Assembly: GCA_016792805.1 (NCBI GenBank) | Contig: JAEUHX010000058.1 | Location: 76,228-140,227, forward strand | Direction: 5' to 3' | From: Planctomycetota bacterium | GTDB lineage: Bacteria; Planctomycetota; UBA1135; JACQFD01 | DNA: 64,000 nt | Shown here: piece after piece, positions 18,526 to 28,094 of the stretch | Layout: each line of letters starts with the position of its first letter | Numbering within the stretch: position 1 is the stretch's first letter | The notes under the pieces: generated by a model | What the model saw: the letters and a program-made list of their open reading frames with translations, nothing else | What the model was told of the DNA's origin: nothing | Database searches by the model: none | Program-made: the position numbers and the translations under genes

Positions 18526-19427
18526 GATCGGCTCTCTACCGCGGAACGCTGACGCACGCGCGATGGCGCCCGGTCCACCATCGGTTTCGTTATCCCGTCT
18601 ATCTGTGGCTTGTCGATCTCGACGAGCTCCCGGAAATCCACAAGCGGCTTCGCCTCTTTAGCTACAACCGCTGGAACATCGTCTCCTTGCATGACCGGGA
18701 TTACCAACAAACTTCCGGTGGCTCGCTTGCCGAGTCGGTCCGGCGCTTCTGTGTCGAGTCGGGAGCGCCACGCCCCGCGCGCATCCTGGCGCTGACCCAT
18801 GCGCGCGTCTTCGGTTACGCCTTCAACCCCGTGACGTTCTTCTACGCGCTGGATGAGCAGGACCGCGTCCAGTCGATCGTCGCCGAGGTCAATAATACTT
18901 TCGGAGACACGCACCGATACCTTCTCGATGGCCGGCGCCGCACCTCCTCGGCTCATGTGTATGAGCACGAGAAGCTGATGCACGTCTCTCCCTTCTTTTC
19001 TCTGCTCGGCCGGTACCGGTTTGACTTCTCTCAGCTTCCACAGGCTGAAGATGGTTCGCCGCTCGAAGTTGCAATGGATTACGAGGACGAGGGCCACCCC
19101 GCCTTCCATGCGCAGCTCTCCCTGCGGCGCAGCCCCCTCACCGATCGGACGCTCGCCGCGTGCCTCGTCCGGTTCCCGCTGATGACCGTACAAGTAATTG
19201 CACTCATCCACTGGGAAGCGCTGAAGCTCTGGTGGAAGAAAGCACCTTTCCATTCCTGTCCCCCCTACGATCCCCAAGCCGCTCAGTTGTTGCATGAACG
19301 AGAGTCCGCTCTCCGTCACCGCTCCGATTCCGATGGAACGCCCGTCGAGCCGCCCGTGGCTGCGAAGCCTCGTGCTGAGCGGGCTTCGCCGGTGGCAGCA
19401 CGGCCACCTCACGCTGCGGTTTCCTGA
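18522..19427 (+). CDS. DUF1365 family protein (UfaO-like)
   Basis: The GTG at 18522 overlaps the upstream TGA. VRSALYRGTLTHARWRPVHHRFRYPVYLWLVDLDEL and FGYAFNPVTFFY are typical of DUF1365. The 3' tail overlaps the next gene. Confidence 0.75.
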   Translation: MRSALYRGTLTHARWRPVHHRFRYPVYLWLVDLDELPEIHKRLRLFSYNRWNIVSLHDRDYQQTSGGSLAESVRRFCVESGAPRPARILALTHARVFGYAFNPVTFFYALDEQDRVQSIVAEVNNTFGDTHRYLLDGRRRTSSAHVYEHEKLMHVSPFFSLLGRYRFDFSQLPQAEDGSPLEVAMDYEDEGHPAFHAQLSLRRSPLTDRTLAACLVRFPLMTVQVIALIHWEALKLWWKKAPFHSCPPYDPQAAQLLHERESALRHRSDSDGTPVEPPVAAKPRAERASPVAARPPHAAVS

Positions 19428-20544
19428 CGGCGATCTTGCCGCCTTCGGAGACGCGAATGCAACGGATCGCGCGACGGTATTTGTTCGCGACGACGCCATC
19501 GCACGCCGGCTGATCCTCGGCGGCGAGATCGCGCTCGGAGACGCCTACGTGGAAGGGCTCTGGGATGCCGACGACCTCGTCGCACTCCTGCGCCTCTTCG
19601 TGCGCAATCGGGCATCGTTGAAGTTCAATTCACCGCTCGCCCGCATCGCGCAGCTCGGAAGCTGGATCGACGAGCGCCTGCGCTCGAACACCAAAGATGG
19701 CGCGCAGCGTAACGTCCACGCCCACTACGACCTGGGCAACGATCTATATCGTTTGTTCCTCGATCCGCCGACCATGGCGTACTCCTGCGCGGTGTATGGC
19801 TCCCCCGAGGAGACACTCGAGCAAGCGCAGACGCGCAAGCTGGAGCTCGTCTGCTCGAAGCTTGAGCTGGCGGCCGGCGACCATCTCGTCGAAATCGGCT
19901 CGGGCTGGGGCGGACTCGCCATCCATGCGGCGCGCACGCGCGGCTGCCGTGTCACGACGGCCACAGTTTCCCGTGAGCAGCTCGCACTCGCGCGCGAGCG
20001 CATCGCTGAGGCCGGGCTCAGCGATCGCATCGAAGTCGTTTATTGTGACTATCGCGACTTGCCGGGGCAGTACGACAAGCTCGTTTCTATTGAAATGTTC
20101 GAGCAGGTCGGTCACCGCTTTTATGGTGACTTCTTCGCCACCTGCGCGCGATTGTTGAAACCAAATGGCATCGGCGTCATGCAAACGATCGCCATGCCGG
20201 ACCAGGACTACGCGGCCTACCTAAAGAGCGTCGATTGGATGCAGCGGCGCATTTTCCCGGGGACGTGCCTTCCGTCGCTGCGGGCGATGCTCGAAGCCAT
20301 GACAAAGCGCACCGACCTCGTGATCCGCCATGTCGAGGACATTGGTCCGCACTACGCGCCGACACTGCGCGCGTGGCGAGAGCGGTTCCTCGCACGCCGC
20401 GAGGACGCCGCGCGCCTCGGCTACGATCGCGCCTTCGCGCGCACGTGGGAATTGTATCTTGCCTTCTCGGAGGCCTCCTTCGCCGAGCGATCCTTGCAAG
20501 ATTATCAATTGACCTTCGCCCACGTCGGAGCGCGCAGCGAATGA
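19294..20544 (+). CDS. cfa: Cyclopropane-fatty-acyl-phospholipid synthase family SAM methyltransferase
   Basis: HYDLGNDLYRLFLDPPTMAYSCAVY, and SAM motif HLVEIGSGWGGLAIHAA. An alternative start at 19333 is possible. Confidence 0.85.
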   Translation: MNESPLSVTAPIPMERPSSRPWLRSLVLSGLRRWQHGHLTLRFPDGDLAAFGDANATDRATVFVRDDAIARRLILGGEIALGDAYVEGLWDADDLVALLRLFVRNRASLKFNSPLARIAQLGSWIDERLRSNTKDGAQRNVHAHYDLGNDLYRLFLDPPTMAYSCAVYGSPEETLEQAQTRKLELVCSKLELAAGDHLVEIGSGWGGLAIHAARTRGCRVTTATVSREQLALARERIAEAGLSDRIEVVYCDYRDLPGQYDKLVSIEMFEQVGHRFYGDFFATCARLLKPNGIGVMQTIAMPDQDYAAYLKSVDWMQRRIFPGTCLPSLRAMLEAMTKRTDLVIRHVEDIGPHYAPTLRAWRERFLARREDAARLGYDRAFARTWELYLAFSEASFAERSLQDYQLTFAHVGARSE

Positions 20545-21371
20545 TTTCGCTCGGAGCCGCTGCTCTGCTTGGAGCCGCCTGCGTGAGCGCCCTCATGGGC
20601 GCTCTGTGGGTGCTCGGTCGGCGCATCGCCAATATGGCGGTCGTCGATCTTGGGTGGACACTCGGCCTCGGCTTCCTCGGCGTTTTGTATGCTTGCGCAA
20701 GCGATGCACCCGACGCGCGGCGCCTCCTGATCGGCGGAGCGGCCGCGCTCTGGAGCGTGCGCCTCGCCATCCATCTTCTCCGCGATCGAGTGCTCGGCCG
20801 CGAAGAGGAAGGTCGCTACCGCGAGTTGCGGCGTCGCTGGTCGCCTGGAGCGGATCGCGCCTTCTTTTGGTTCTTCCAAGCGCAGGGGCTGCTCGACGTC
20901 GTCCTCTCCGCGCCGTTCTATCTCGCAGCGCGCAACACGACGCCCTCACTTTCACTTTTCGAAATCGGCGCCCTCGGGCTGCTCCTCGTTTCTGTTGCAG
21001 GAGAGGGAATCGCCGATCGGCAGCTTGCACAATTCAAGGCCAATCCCGCAAACCGCGGAAAAGTGTGCCGCACCGGCCTCTGGGCCCTGTCGCGCCATCC
21101 CAACTACTTTTTCGAATGGCTCGTCTGGTGCGCGTTCGCGCTCCTGGCTTGGCCGGCCCCGTGGGGAGCTGCGGCGCTCGTCTGCCCGGCGATGATGCTC
21201 TACTTCATTCTCCGCGTGACGGGGATCCCCGAGACCGAAGCGCAGGCGATCCGCTCGCGCGGAGAGGAATATCGGCGATACCAACGCGAGGTGAGCCCGT
21301 TCTTCCCATGGTTCCCGCGCTCCTCGGCGGCCACATCCAGCCCCTCTCTCGTTTCGCAGGCACGTCCATGA
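20541..21371 (+). CDS. DUF1295 membrane protein (steroid 5-alpha-reductase/ICMT-like fold)
   Basis: The ATG at 20541 overlaps the cfa stop codon (ATGA). Multi-TM protein. GLWALSRHPNYFFEWLVW is typical of DUF1295. Confidence 0.8.
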   Translation: MISLGAAALLGAACVSALMGALWVLGRRIANMAVVDLGWTLGLGFLGVLYACASDAPDARRLLIGGAAALWSVRLAIHLLRDRVLGREEEGRYRELRRRWSPGADRAFFWFFQAQGLLDVVLSAPFYLAARNTTPSLSLFEIGALGLLLVSVAGEGIADRQLAQFKANPANRGKVCRTGLWALSRHPNYFFEWLVWCAFALLAWPAPWGAAALVCPAMMLYFILRVTGIPETEAQAIRSRGEEYRRYQREVSPFFPWFPRSSAATSSPSLVSQARP

Positions 21372-21455
21372 AGACTCCGACGGCACGAGTTGTTCAGAAT
21401 CCTTTTGTTGGAATCACCATTCCGCGACCGGCGCCGAAGCCGGCGCCCGTTTAAC

Positions 21456-22559
21456 ATGTCGACGGCGACAGCAACTCAAACGGCTTCCGCGAGCGCGCGG
21501 CGCTCGGCAGACTCGGGGCTGCTCGGAGGCGCCATGCAGCTCGTAGAGCGCGGCCTCGTGCCCGATGCGCTCGTGCGCGCCGCGATTCGCCAGATCTGTG
21601 CAGCGCGACTGCGCGAGGAGAGCCGCGGCGGGGAAGCCGCTATGGAGCGGCGAATCCGTGCTTTCCTCGCGGCACGACGCGCGGGGCCCGTGGCGCTCGA
21701 GACGGGAGCGGCCAATGAGCAGCATTACGAGGTGCCGACCGATCTGTATCTACAGATGCTCGGACCGCGGCTCAAGTATTCGAGCGCCTGGTGGCCCGAG
21801 GGCGTCGTGACGCTCGCGGCGGCGGAGGAGGCCATGCTCGAGCGCACCTGCGCGATGGCACAGATCGAAGACGGCCAAACGATCCTCGATCTCGGCTGCG
21901 GCTGGGGATCGCTCTCTCGCTGGCTCTGCGAGCGCTACCCGAAGGCGCACGTCGTCGCCGTGTCCAATTCTCGCACGCAGCGAGAGTACTTGCGGGAGCA
22001 AGCCAAGCGGCGCGGCTTTGCGAATTTTGAGGTTCACACGATCGACGCCAATGTGCTCGAGCCGGCGCAGCTCGCTCGCTTCGACCGCGTGATGTCGATC
22101 GAGATGTTCGAGCACTTGTGGAATCACGAGCTGCTGCTCGAACGCGTCGAGCGAGCGCTCACGCCGGGAGGAAAAGTGTTTCTCCACGTCTTCTCGCACG
22201 CGCGCTTCGCCTATCCGTTCGAAGACAAAGGATCGAGCGATTGGATGGCGCGACACTTCTTCACGGGCGGGACGATGCCCTCCGATGATTGGTTTGAGCG
22301 CGCGCCCGGCCCGTTCCGCGTCGAGGAGCATGCGCGGATCGACGGCACTCACTACGAGCGCACGGCGAACGCGTGGCTTTCGAATCTCGACCGCAACGCG
22401 GCGCTGGCGCGCCCGATTCTGGCACGCACGTACGGCGAGGCGGAGGCCGGCCGGTGGCACCAACGCTGGCGCGTCTTCTATATGGCGTGCGCCGAAATGT
22501 TCGGTTTCGACGAAGGCAAAGAGTGGCTCGTCACCCACGTGCGCTTGTCGCGCCCGTGA
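21456..22559 (+). CDS. Second CFA-synthase-like SAM methyltransferase
   Basis: ATG at 21456 (MSTATATQ). NEQHYEVPTDLYLQMLGPRLKYSSAWW, and SAM motif ILDLGCGWGSLSRWL. Confidence 0.85.
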   Translation: MSTATATQTASASARRSADSGLLGGAMQLVERGLVPDALVRAAIRQICAARLREESRGGEAAMERRIRAFLAARRAGPVALETGAANEQHYEVPTDLYLQMLGPRLKYSSAWWPEGVVTLAAAEEAMLERTCAMAQIEDGQTILDLGCGWGSLSRWLCERYPKAHVVAVSNSRTQREYLREQAKRRGFANFEVHTIDANVLEPAQLARFDRVMSIEMFEHLWNHELLLERVERALTPGGKVFLHVFSHARFAYPFEDKGSSDWMARHFFTGGTMPSDDWFERAPGPFRVEEHARIDGTHYERTANAWLSNLDRNAALARPILARTYGEAEAGRWHQRWRVFYMACAEMFGFDEGKEWLVTHVRLSRP

Positions 22560-22563
22560 TCCG

Positions 22564-23577
22564 CTAGCGTCCCCATTGGGGAGTCACATGCCACGATTGC
22601 AGGAGTGACATGTAATTTCCTCGCTCGTAGTGGGACGCGTCGGGGCAGCGCTTCAGGTTCATCGAACCCTGGAGCTGCTCGATCGAAGTGTACTCATGAT
22701 CGGCGAGCCAATGGTTCATCTCGGCCAACATGACGGAGATGTGAGCCGGCCCGCGCATGAGCAGCGCCGAGACGACTTGCACCGCATGCGCTCCTGCCAT
22801 GAGCGCCTTGAGGGCATCTGTGGCTTCGTGCACGCCGCCGCTCGCCGCGAGCGAAATCGAGGTCGTTGGCGAAAGGATCGCGAGCCAGCGAAGTCGCAGT
22901 GGCAGCTCCACAGGATCTGAAAGCCGCAGCGCTCTGTGAACTTCAAGATTCTCGATGTCGATGTCGGGCTGATAGAAGCGATTGAACAGCACCGCGCCTT
23001 GGGCACCGATCCGCTCGAGCTCGCGAATCATGTTCGGCAGCGAGGAATAGAAAGGAGTGAGCTTGACGGCAACCGGCAGCTTCACCGCCTCCCGAATCCC
23101 GCGGACGACCTCGAGCTGGCGGAGCTCGACGTCGAGGGCGTTGGCGTCGGGATTCGTGGGAATGTCATACAGATTCAGCTCAAGCGCCGCAGCCCCCGCC
23201 TCCTGGAGAAAACCCGCATACTTGGTCCAGCCTCCCGGCGTCGTGCCGTTGAGCGACGCGATCACGGGAATGGAAATAGCCTCCCGAGTCTTGCGGACAC
23301 GCTCGAGATACTCCTCCGGTCCCAGCGAGAACACGTCGGTCTCGGGAAACCACGATTGAGCCTCGGCGGACTCCGCGTGACCATACAGATGTCGATGCGC
23401 GCCGAGCTGGTCTCCCGTGATCTGCTCCTCGAAGAGCGAGCGCATCACGAGAGCCGAGGCGCCGGCATCCTCGAGGCGCCGCACGGCGTCGAGGTCGTCG
23501 GAGAGCGGCGACGCTCCCGCGACGATCGGATTCTTGAGGTCGAGTCCGAGATATCGCGTTCGAAGCTGCGCGCTCAT
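22564..23577 (-). CDS. Dihydroorotate dehydrogenase-like TIM-barrel protein (PFOR-associated)
   Basis: This is the C-terminal 337 aa of track ORF 22564..24906, starting at MSAQLRTRYLGLDLKNPIVAGASPLS. The start overlaps the nifJ stop codon (ATGA). Confidence 0.85.
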   Translation of the reverse strand: MSAQLRTRYLGLDLKNPIVAGASPLSDDLDAVRRLEDAGASALVMRSLFEEQITGDQLGAHRHLYGHAESAEAQSWFPETDVFSLGPEEYLERVRKTREAISIPVIASLNGTTPGGWTKYAGFLQEAGAAALELNLYDIPTNPDANALDVELRQLEVVRGIREAVKLPVAVKLTPFYSSLPNMIRELERIGAQGAVLFNRFYQPDIDIENLEVHRALRLSDPVELPLRLRWLAILSPTTSISLAASGGVHEATDALKALMAGAHAVQVVSALLMRGPAHISVMLAEMNHWLADHEYTSIEQLQGSMNLKRCPDASHYERGNYMSLLQSWHVTPQWGR

Positions 23578-26500
23578 CGTCCGGCTCCTTGCATCTGTTG
23601 TGTCTCGTTGGCGACCTTGAGTCCTGCGAGCTGCTCGTGGAACGCACGCCGCTCGCGCACAAATCGCTCCGCATCGGCGACGAGCCGTGCGTAGCGTTCC
23701 TTGTCGCGCAGCTCGACGGCGCGGAAGCGCCCCTCGCGCGACATGTAATCGGCGACGCGCGCCTTGATGGGGCCCGACTCGATTTTGAGTGGAGTCTCGC
23801 CCTCGGCAAGGCGCCTCGGATCGAACCGATAGACGGGCCAGATCCCCGACTCGACGGCGAGCTTTTGTTGATCTCCACTCTTCGAGAGATCGTATCCGTG
23901 GGCAATGCATGGCGAGTGGGCGATCACGAGCGAGGGACCGGGGTAGCTCTCGGCCTCCTGAATCGCCTTCACGGCCTGGGCGTCGCGCGCGTAGAGGGCG
24001 ATGCTCGCCACATAGACGTGGCCGTAGCTCATGGCGAGCAGGCCGAGGTCTTTCTTTCCGATTCCCTTGCCGGCGGCGGCGAACTTCGCGGCGGCACCGA
24101 TGGGCGTCGCCTTCGATTGTTGACCTCCGGTATTGGAATACACTTCCGTGTCGAGCACGAGAATATTGACATCGGCAGTCGTCGAGAAAAGGTGATCGAG
24201 CCCGCCGAAGCCGATGTCGTACGCCCAGCCATCGCCGCCGACGATCCAAACACTCTTCTTCACAAGAGCATCGGCGGCCTCGTCGAGCGCCTTCGAAAGC
24301 GGTCCGGGAATGTCGCGAAGCAAACGCCTGAGCGCCACGACGCGATCGCGCTGATCGGTGATCCCTGCCTCGGTCGACTGGTCGGCCAGCAGAAGTCCGC
24401 TCACGAGCGCTTCGGGGAGCTGCGCGGCAAGCCCGTCGAGAAGTGTGCGCGCGCGCAGCGTGGCCGCGTCGGCGGCAAGCCGGAATCCGAGGCCGAATTC
24501 TGCATTGTCCTCGAAAAGTGAGTTCGCCCACGCGGGTCCGCGCCCGGCGGCATCCTTTGCCCACGGCGTGGTCGGCTGGTTCCCGCCGTAAATCGACGAG
24601 CAGCCGGTGGCGTTGGCGATGAGCGCGCGATCGCCGAAGAGCTGCGAGACGAGCTTTAAGTATGGAGTCTCGCCGCAGCCGGCGCAGGCGCCCGAGAACT
24701 CGAAGAGCGGCAGCAGAAGCTGCGAGCCCTTCACGTCGTTTTTCACGGTGCGGCGGTCGACCTCGGGTAGATTCTTGAAGAACTCCCAATTCACCCGCTC
24801 GCGGTCGCGAAGGCCGTCGACCGGCTCCATGTTGATGGCCTTGTGCTTGGGCGACGATTTGTCTTTCGCCGGGCAGATGGCGACGCAGAGGCCGCAGCCC
24901 GTGCAATCATCGGGCGCGACCTGAAGAGTGTATCTCTGCGTCGCGCCGTCGGAGGCGCGCCAATCGGTGGAGGCGAAGCCTTCGGGAGCGCCGGCGAGCT
25001 CTGCGGGATCGTACACTTTCGCGCGAATGACGGCGTGCGGACAGACGAGCGCGCATTTATTGCATTGAATGCAGAGATCCGAATCCCACTCCGGGATCTC
25101 GCGCGCGATGGCGCGCCGCTCCCACTGCGTCGTGGCGGTGGGCCACGTGCCGTCGACGGGGAAGGCCGAGACCGGCAACAAATCGCCCTTGCCGGCGATC
25201 ATCATGGAAGTGACGCGCTGGACGAAATCGGGCGCCTCCGCAGGCACAGCCGCCGGACGCCTCGCTGTGGTCGCCGCCGCAGCGGGCACGGCCACTTCGC
25301 GCAGCGCCTTTGCCGCCAGCTCGATGGCAGCAATATTGCGTTCCACCACTTCGGCGCCGCGCTTTCGGAACGTCTTCTCAACGGCGCGGCGAATCGCCGC
25401 CATCGCGCGCTCGCGCGGGAGCACGCCGGAGAGTGCAAAGAATCCGCTCTGCATCACCGTGGAGACGCGTCCCGGCAATCCCACCTCGTCGGCGACGCGG
25501 TGGGCGTCCATCACAAAAAATCGCAGCTTTCTTTCGACGATCGCCTCGGCGACTTCCGCCGGGAGACTTCCCCACACTTCGTCGGGACCAAAAGGTGTAT
25601 TCAGCAGGAATACGCCGCCCGGAGCCGCGAGCTCGAGGACGTCGAGGCGATTCACAAGCTGCGGCTGGCTTACGGCAACGAACCCAGCGTGCCGCACAAG
25701 GTAGGTGGAGTGAATCGGACGGGGCGAGAATCGCAGGTGCGAGACCGTCGTGGAGCCCGATTTCTTGGAATCGTAGACAAAGTAACCTTGGGCGTAGAGT
25801 TCAGTCTCCTCACCCACGATCTTGATGGTGTTCTTGTTCGCACCGACCGTACCGTCCGATCCGAGCCCATAGAAAACGGCTCGCACCACATCGGGCTCTT
25901 CGATGTCGAGCGAGGCATCCCAGTCGAGGGAGCGATGTGTGACGTCGTCGCGGATGCCGACGGAAAAGTGATTCTTGGGGTTCTCGCGGGAGAGCTCGCT
26001 GAGCACAGAGAGCACCATCGCCGGAGTGAATTCTTTGGAGGAGAGCCCGTAGCGTCCGCTGACGACGCGCGGCGCGCGCGCAAGCGGGCTGCGTCTCTCG
26101 GCTTCCGCCTCGGAGAGTGCACAGATCACGTCGAGGTAGAGCGGCTCGCCGGGCGCGCCGGGCTCCTTGGTGCGATCGAGAACGGCGATCGTTTTCGTGG
26201 TCTTCGGCAGCGCGGCGAGCAGCGCTGCGCCATCGAAGGGGCGATAGAGCCGCACTTTGACGAGACCGACGCGCTCCCCGCGCGCCACGGCCCACTCGAC
26301 GGCCTCCTGCGCCGCCTCAGCGCCGGAGCCCATGAGCACGAGCGCGCGCTCGGCCTGCGGGTGGCCGACGTAATCGAAGAGCCGGTAGCGCCGTCCGGTC
26401 ACCTCCGCGAATCGCTCGAGCGCCTTCACCACAATTGCGGGACACGCGTCGTAGAAGACGTTTGCCGCCTCACGCGCTTGAAAATAGGTATCGGGGTTGT

Positions 26501-27149
26501 GAGCGGTGCCGCGCACGACGGGCCGATCGGGAGTGAGCGCGCGCGCGCGATGGGCGGAAATGTGGGCTTCGTCGATGAGCTGGCGGAGATGATCGTCGGT
26601 CAGCTCCTCGACGCGCTGGAGCTCGTGGGAGGTGCGGAAGCCGTCAAAGAAGTGGATAAATGGGATCCGCGACTCGAGCGTGGCCGCGTGGGCGACGGCG
26701 GCGAGATCGTGGGCTTCCTGCACCGACGAAGCGCACAGCATCGCGACACCGGTCTGACGGCATGCCATCACGTCGCTGTGATCCCCAAAAATCGAGAGCG
26801 CGTGGGTCGCCACTGTGCGCGCCGCCACATGCAACACAAATGGCGTCAGCTCGCCGGCGATTTTGTAGAGATTGGGGATCATCAGCAGAAGCCCCTGCGA
26901 CGCCGTGAAGGTCGTGGCGAGGGCGCCCGCCTGGAGCGCGCCATGCACCGTGCCGATGGCGCCCGCTTCCGACTGGAGCTGCTCGACGCGCGGCACCTGC
27001 CCCCAGAGGTTGCGCCGACCGGCGGCCGACCACTCGTCGCAGCTCTCCGCCATGGGCGACGCGGGCGTGATCGGATAGATGGCAATGACTTCGGAAAGGC
27101 GGTGGGCGACCGAGGCGACCGCTTCGTTCGCGTCGAGAATGTGGGACAT
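23574..27149 (-). CDS. nifJ: Pyruvate:ferredoxin (flavodoxin) oxidoreductase, single-polypeptide type
   Basis: 1191 aa from MSHILDANEAVASVAHRLSEVIAIYPITPASPMAE. Two ferredoxin-type Cys clusters (CIQCNKCALVCPH, CTGCGLCVAICP) and the TPP domain motif GGDGWAYDIGFGGLDH. Confidence 0.95.
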   Translation of the reverse strand: MSHILDANEAVASVAHRLSEVIAIYPITPASPMAESCDEWSAAGRRNLWGQVPRVEQLQSEAGAIGTVHGALQAGALATTFTASQGLLLMIPNLYKIAGELTPFVLHVAARTVATHALSIFGDHSDVMACRQTGVAMLCASSVQEAHDLAAVAHAATLESRIPFIHFFDGFRTSHELQRVEELTDDHLRQLIDEAHISAHRARALTPDRPVVRGTAHNPDTYFQAREAANVFYDACPAIVVKALERFAEVTGRRYRLFDYVGHPQAERALVLMGSGAEAAQEAVEWAVARGERVGLVKVRLYRPFDGAALLAALPKTTKTIAVLDRTKEPGAPGEPLYLDVICALSEAEAERRSPLARAPRVVSGRYGLSSKEFTPAMVLSVLSELSRENPKNHFSVGIRDDVTHRSLDWDASLDIEEPDVVRAVFYGLGSDGTVGANKNTIKIVGEETELYAQGYFVYDSKKSGSTTVSHLRFSPRPIHSTYLVRHAGFVAVSQPQLVNRLDVLELAAPGGVFLLNTPFGPDEVWGSLPAEVAEAIVERKLRFFVMDAHRVADEVGLPGRVSTVMQSGFFALSGVLPRERAMAAIRRAVEKTFRKRGAEVVERNIAAIELAAKALREVAVPAAAATTARRPAAVPAEAPDFVQRVTSMMIAGKGDLLPVSAFPVDGTWPTATTQWERRAIAREIPEWDSDLCIQCNKCALVCPHAVIRAKVYDPAELAGAPEGFASTDWRASDGATQRYTLQVAPDDCTGCGLCVAICPAKDKSSPKHKAINMEPVDGLRDRERVNWEFFKNLPEVDRRTVKNDVKGSQLLLPLFEFSGACAGCGETPYLKLVSQLFGDRALIANATGCSSIYGGNQPTTPWAKDAAGRGPAWANSLFEDNAEFGLGFRLAADAATLRARTLLDGLAAQLPEALVSGLLLADQSTEAGITDQRDRVVALRRLLRDIPGPLSKALDEAADALVKKSVWIVGGDGWAYDIGFGGLDHLFSTTADVNILVLDTEVYSNTGGQQSKATPIGAAAKFAAAGKGIGKKDLGLLAMSYGHVYVASIALYARDAQAVKAIQEAESYPGPSLVIAHSPCIAHGYDLSKSGDQQKLAVESGIWPVYRFDPRRLAEGETPLKIESGPIKARVADYMSREGRFRAVELRDKERYARLVADAERFVRERRAFHEQLAGLKVANETQQMQGAGR

Positions 27150-27370
27150 CGTGCGTGGGTGGCCCGCCGGGCGGCGAGCGCAATGGGCAGCCCCGGTGCG
27201 AATGGCGCGCCAAGCCACACCGCGCGCGTAAGTCGTGAAACGAACGGCGCCTGCGGCGCCGCACGCCGCCGCCGACTGTCCCCCTGCGTTCCGCCGCTGT
27301 GTCGTCCCTGTCCCCTAGGGTGACGGTTGACAGATCCCCGGCCCCGGCTACGCTCCCCATCGCCTTCTGA

Positions 27371-27446
27371 GCGGGCGTAACTCAGTTGGTAGAGTGTCAG
27401 CTTCCCAAGCTGAATGTCGAGAGTTCGAACCTCTTCGCCCGCTCCA
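27371..27446 (+). tRNA. tRNA-Gly (anticodon CCC), with encoded CCA
   Basis: Manual cloverleaf fold. Acceptor stem gcgggcg/cgcccgc, D stem actc/gagt, anticodon stem tcagc/gctga with loop ttCCCaa, and T arm gagag-ttcgaac-ctctt. Confidence 0.95.
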
Positions 27447-28094
27447 ACGCTTGACGAAGCTCTTCATTACTTTTTCTGGTACCTGGAGTCGATTAATGTG
27501 CTTTGAGAGTGTTGATTCGGCCGAGGTTGCTCGGCTCGCGGTCGCTTCGCTTAGTCTCCCCCCCGGCCCTAACTCTGGGTTCCCCGTCGGTGTAGATCCC
27601 CAAGCGCCAGGATTTGGTGCAACACAGTGGCTATTAAGAAACGGATTCGCGCCTATGCCACAACAAATGCCAACAGGCCAATCACTTTGGTCTCATCCAA
27701 GTCCAATTGGAGTCGACAGCCAAGATTTCACCGGAGCTTTGGTTCGCACCCCGCTCGATGTGCCATCGATTTACGTCTTGGACGAATCCGGAGCGTCGCC
27801 GCGACTCCAGCGAGTGGGCCGAGTGAATGACGATGGTAGCCTTTCTTGAACTCCATGCCTGCAATGCCGCATCAGCACAATTCGCTATTGGTGACCGGAG
27901 ATCCCAAACTGAGTATCGCGGGCTCGAGCCTCTTGACGCGCTCCAAACATCAGTAGCAACGCGGGTGCCACCAACCGCCCTAAAATCGCCCGCCTTTCAG
28001 GTTACGGCAGCTCAGGGATAGTCGTGGACACGAGTGACCACATTCCTTGTGATGGCCCATCGATCTTTTCCCATCCGTCGGGAAGCGGCGTTCG

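Noticed and set aside
22564-24906. A single 780-aa ORF spanning the DHOD-like gene and the 3' part of nifJ.
   Set aside because: The N-terminal 440 aa are Arg-rich nonsense read out of frame over nifJ. The real gene starts at the internal ATG 23577 (MSAQLRTRYLGLDLKNP), which overlaps the nifJ stop codon.
27394-27849. 151-aa ORF starting inside the tRNA-Gly gene. A shorter version would start at the ATG near 27497.
   Set aside because: It overlaps the tRNA, has Pro/Gly/Ser-rich low-complexity composition, and has no motif or RBS. I cannot support it as a gene, although a small island ORF cannot be excluded.
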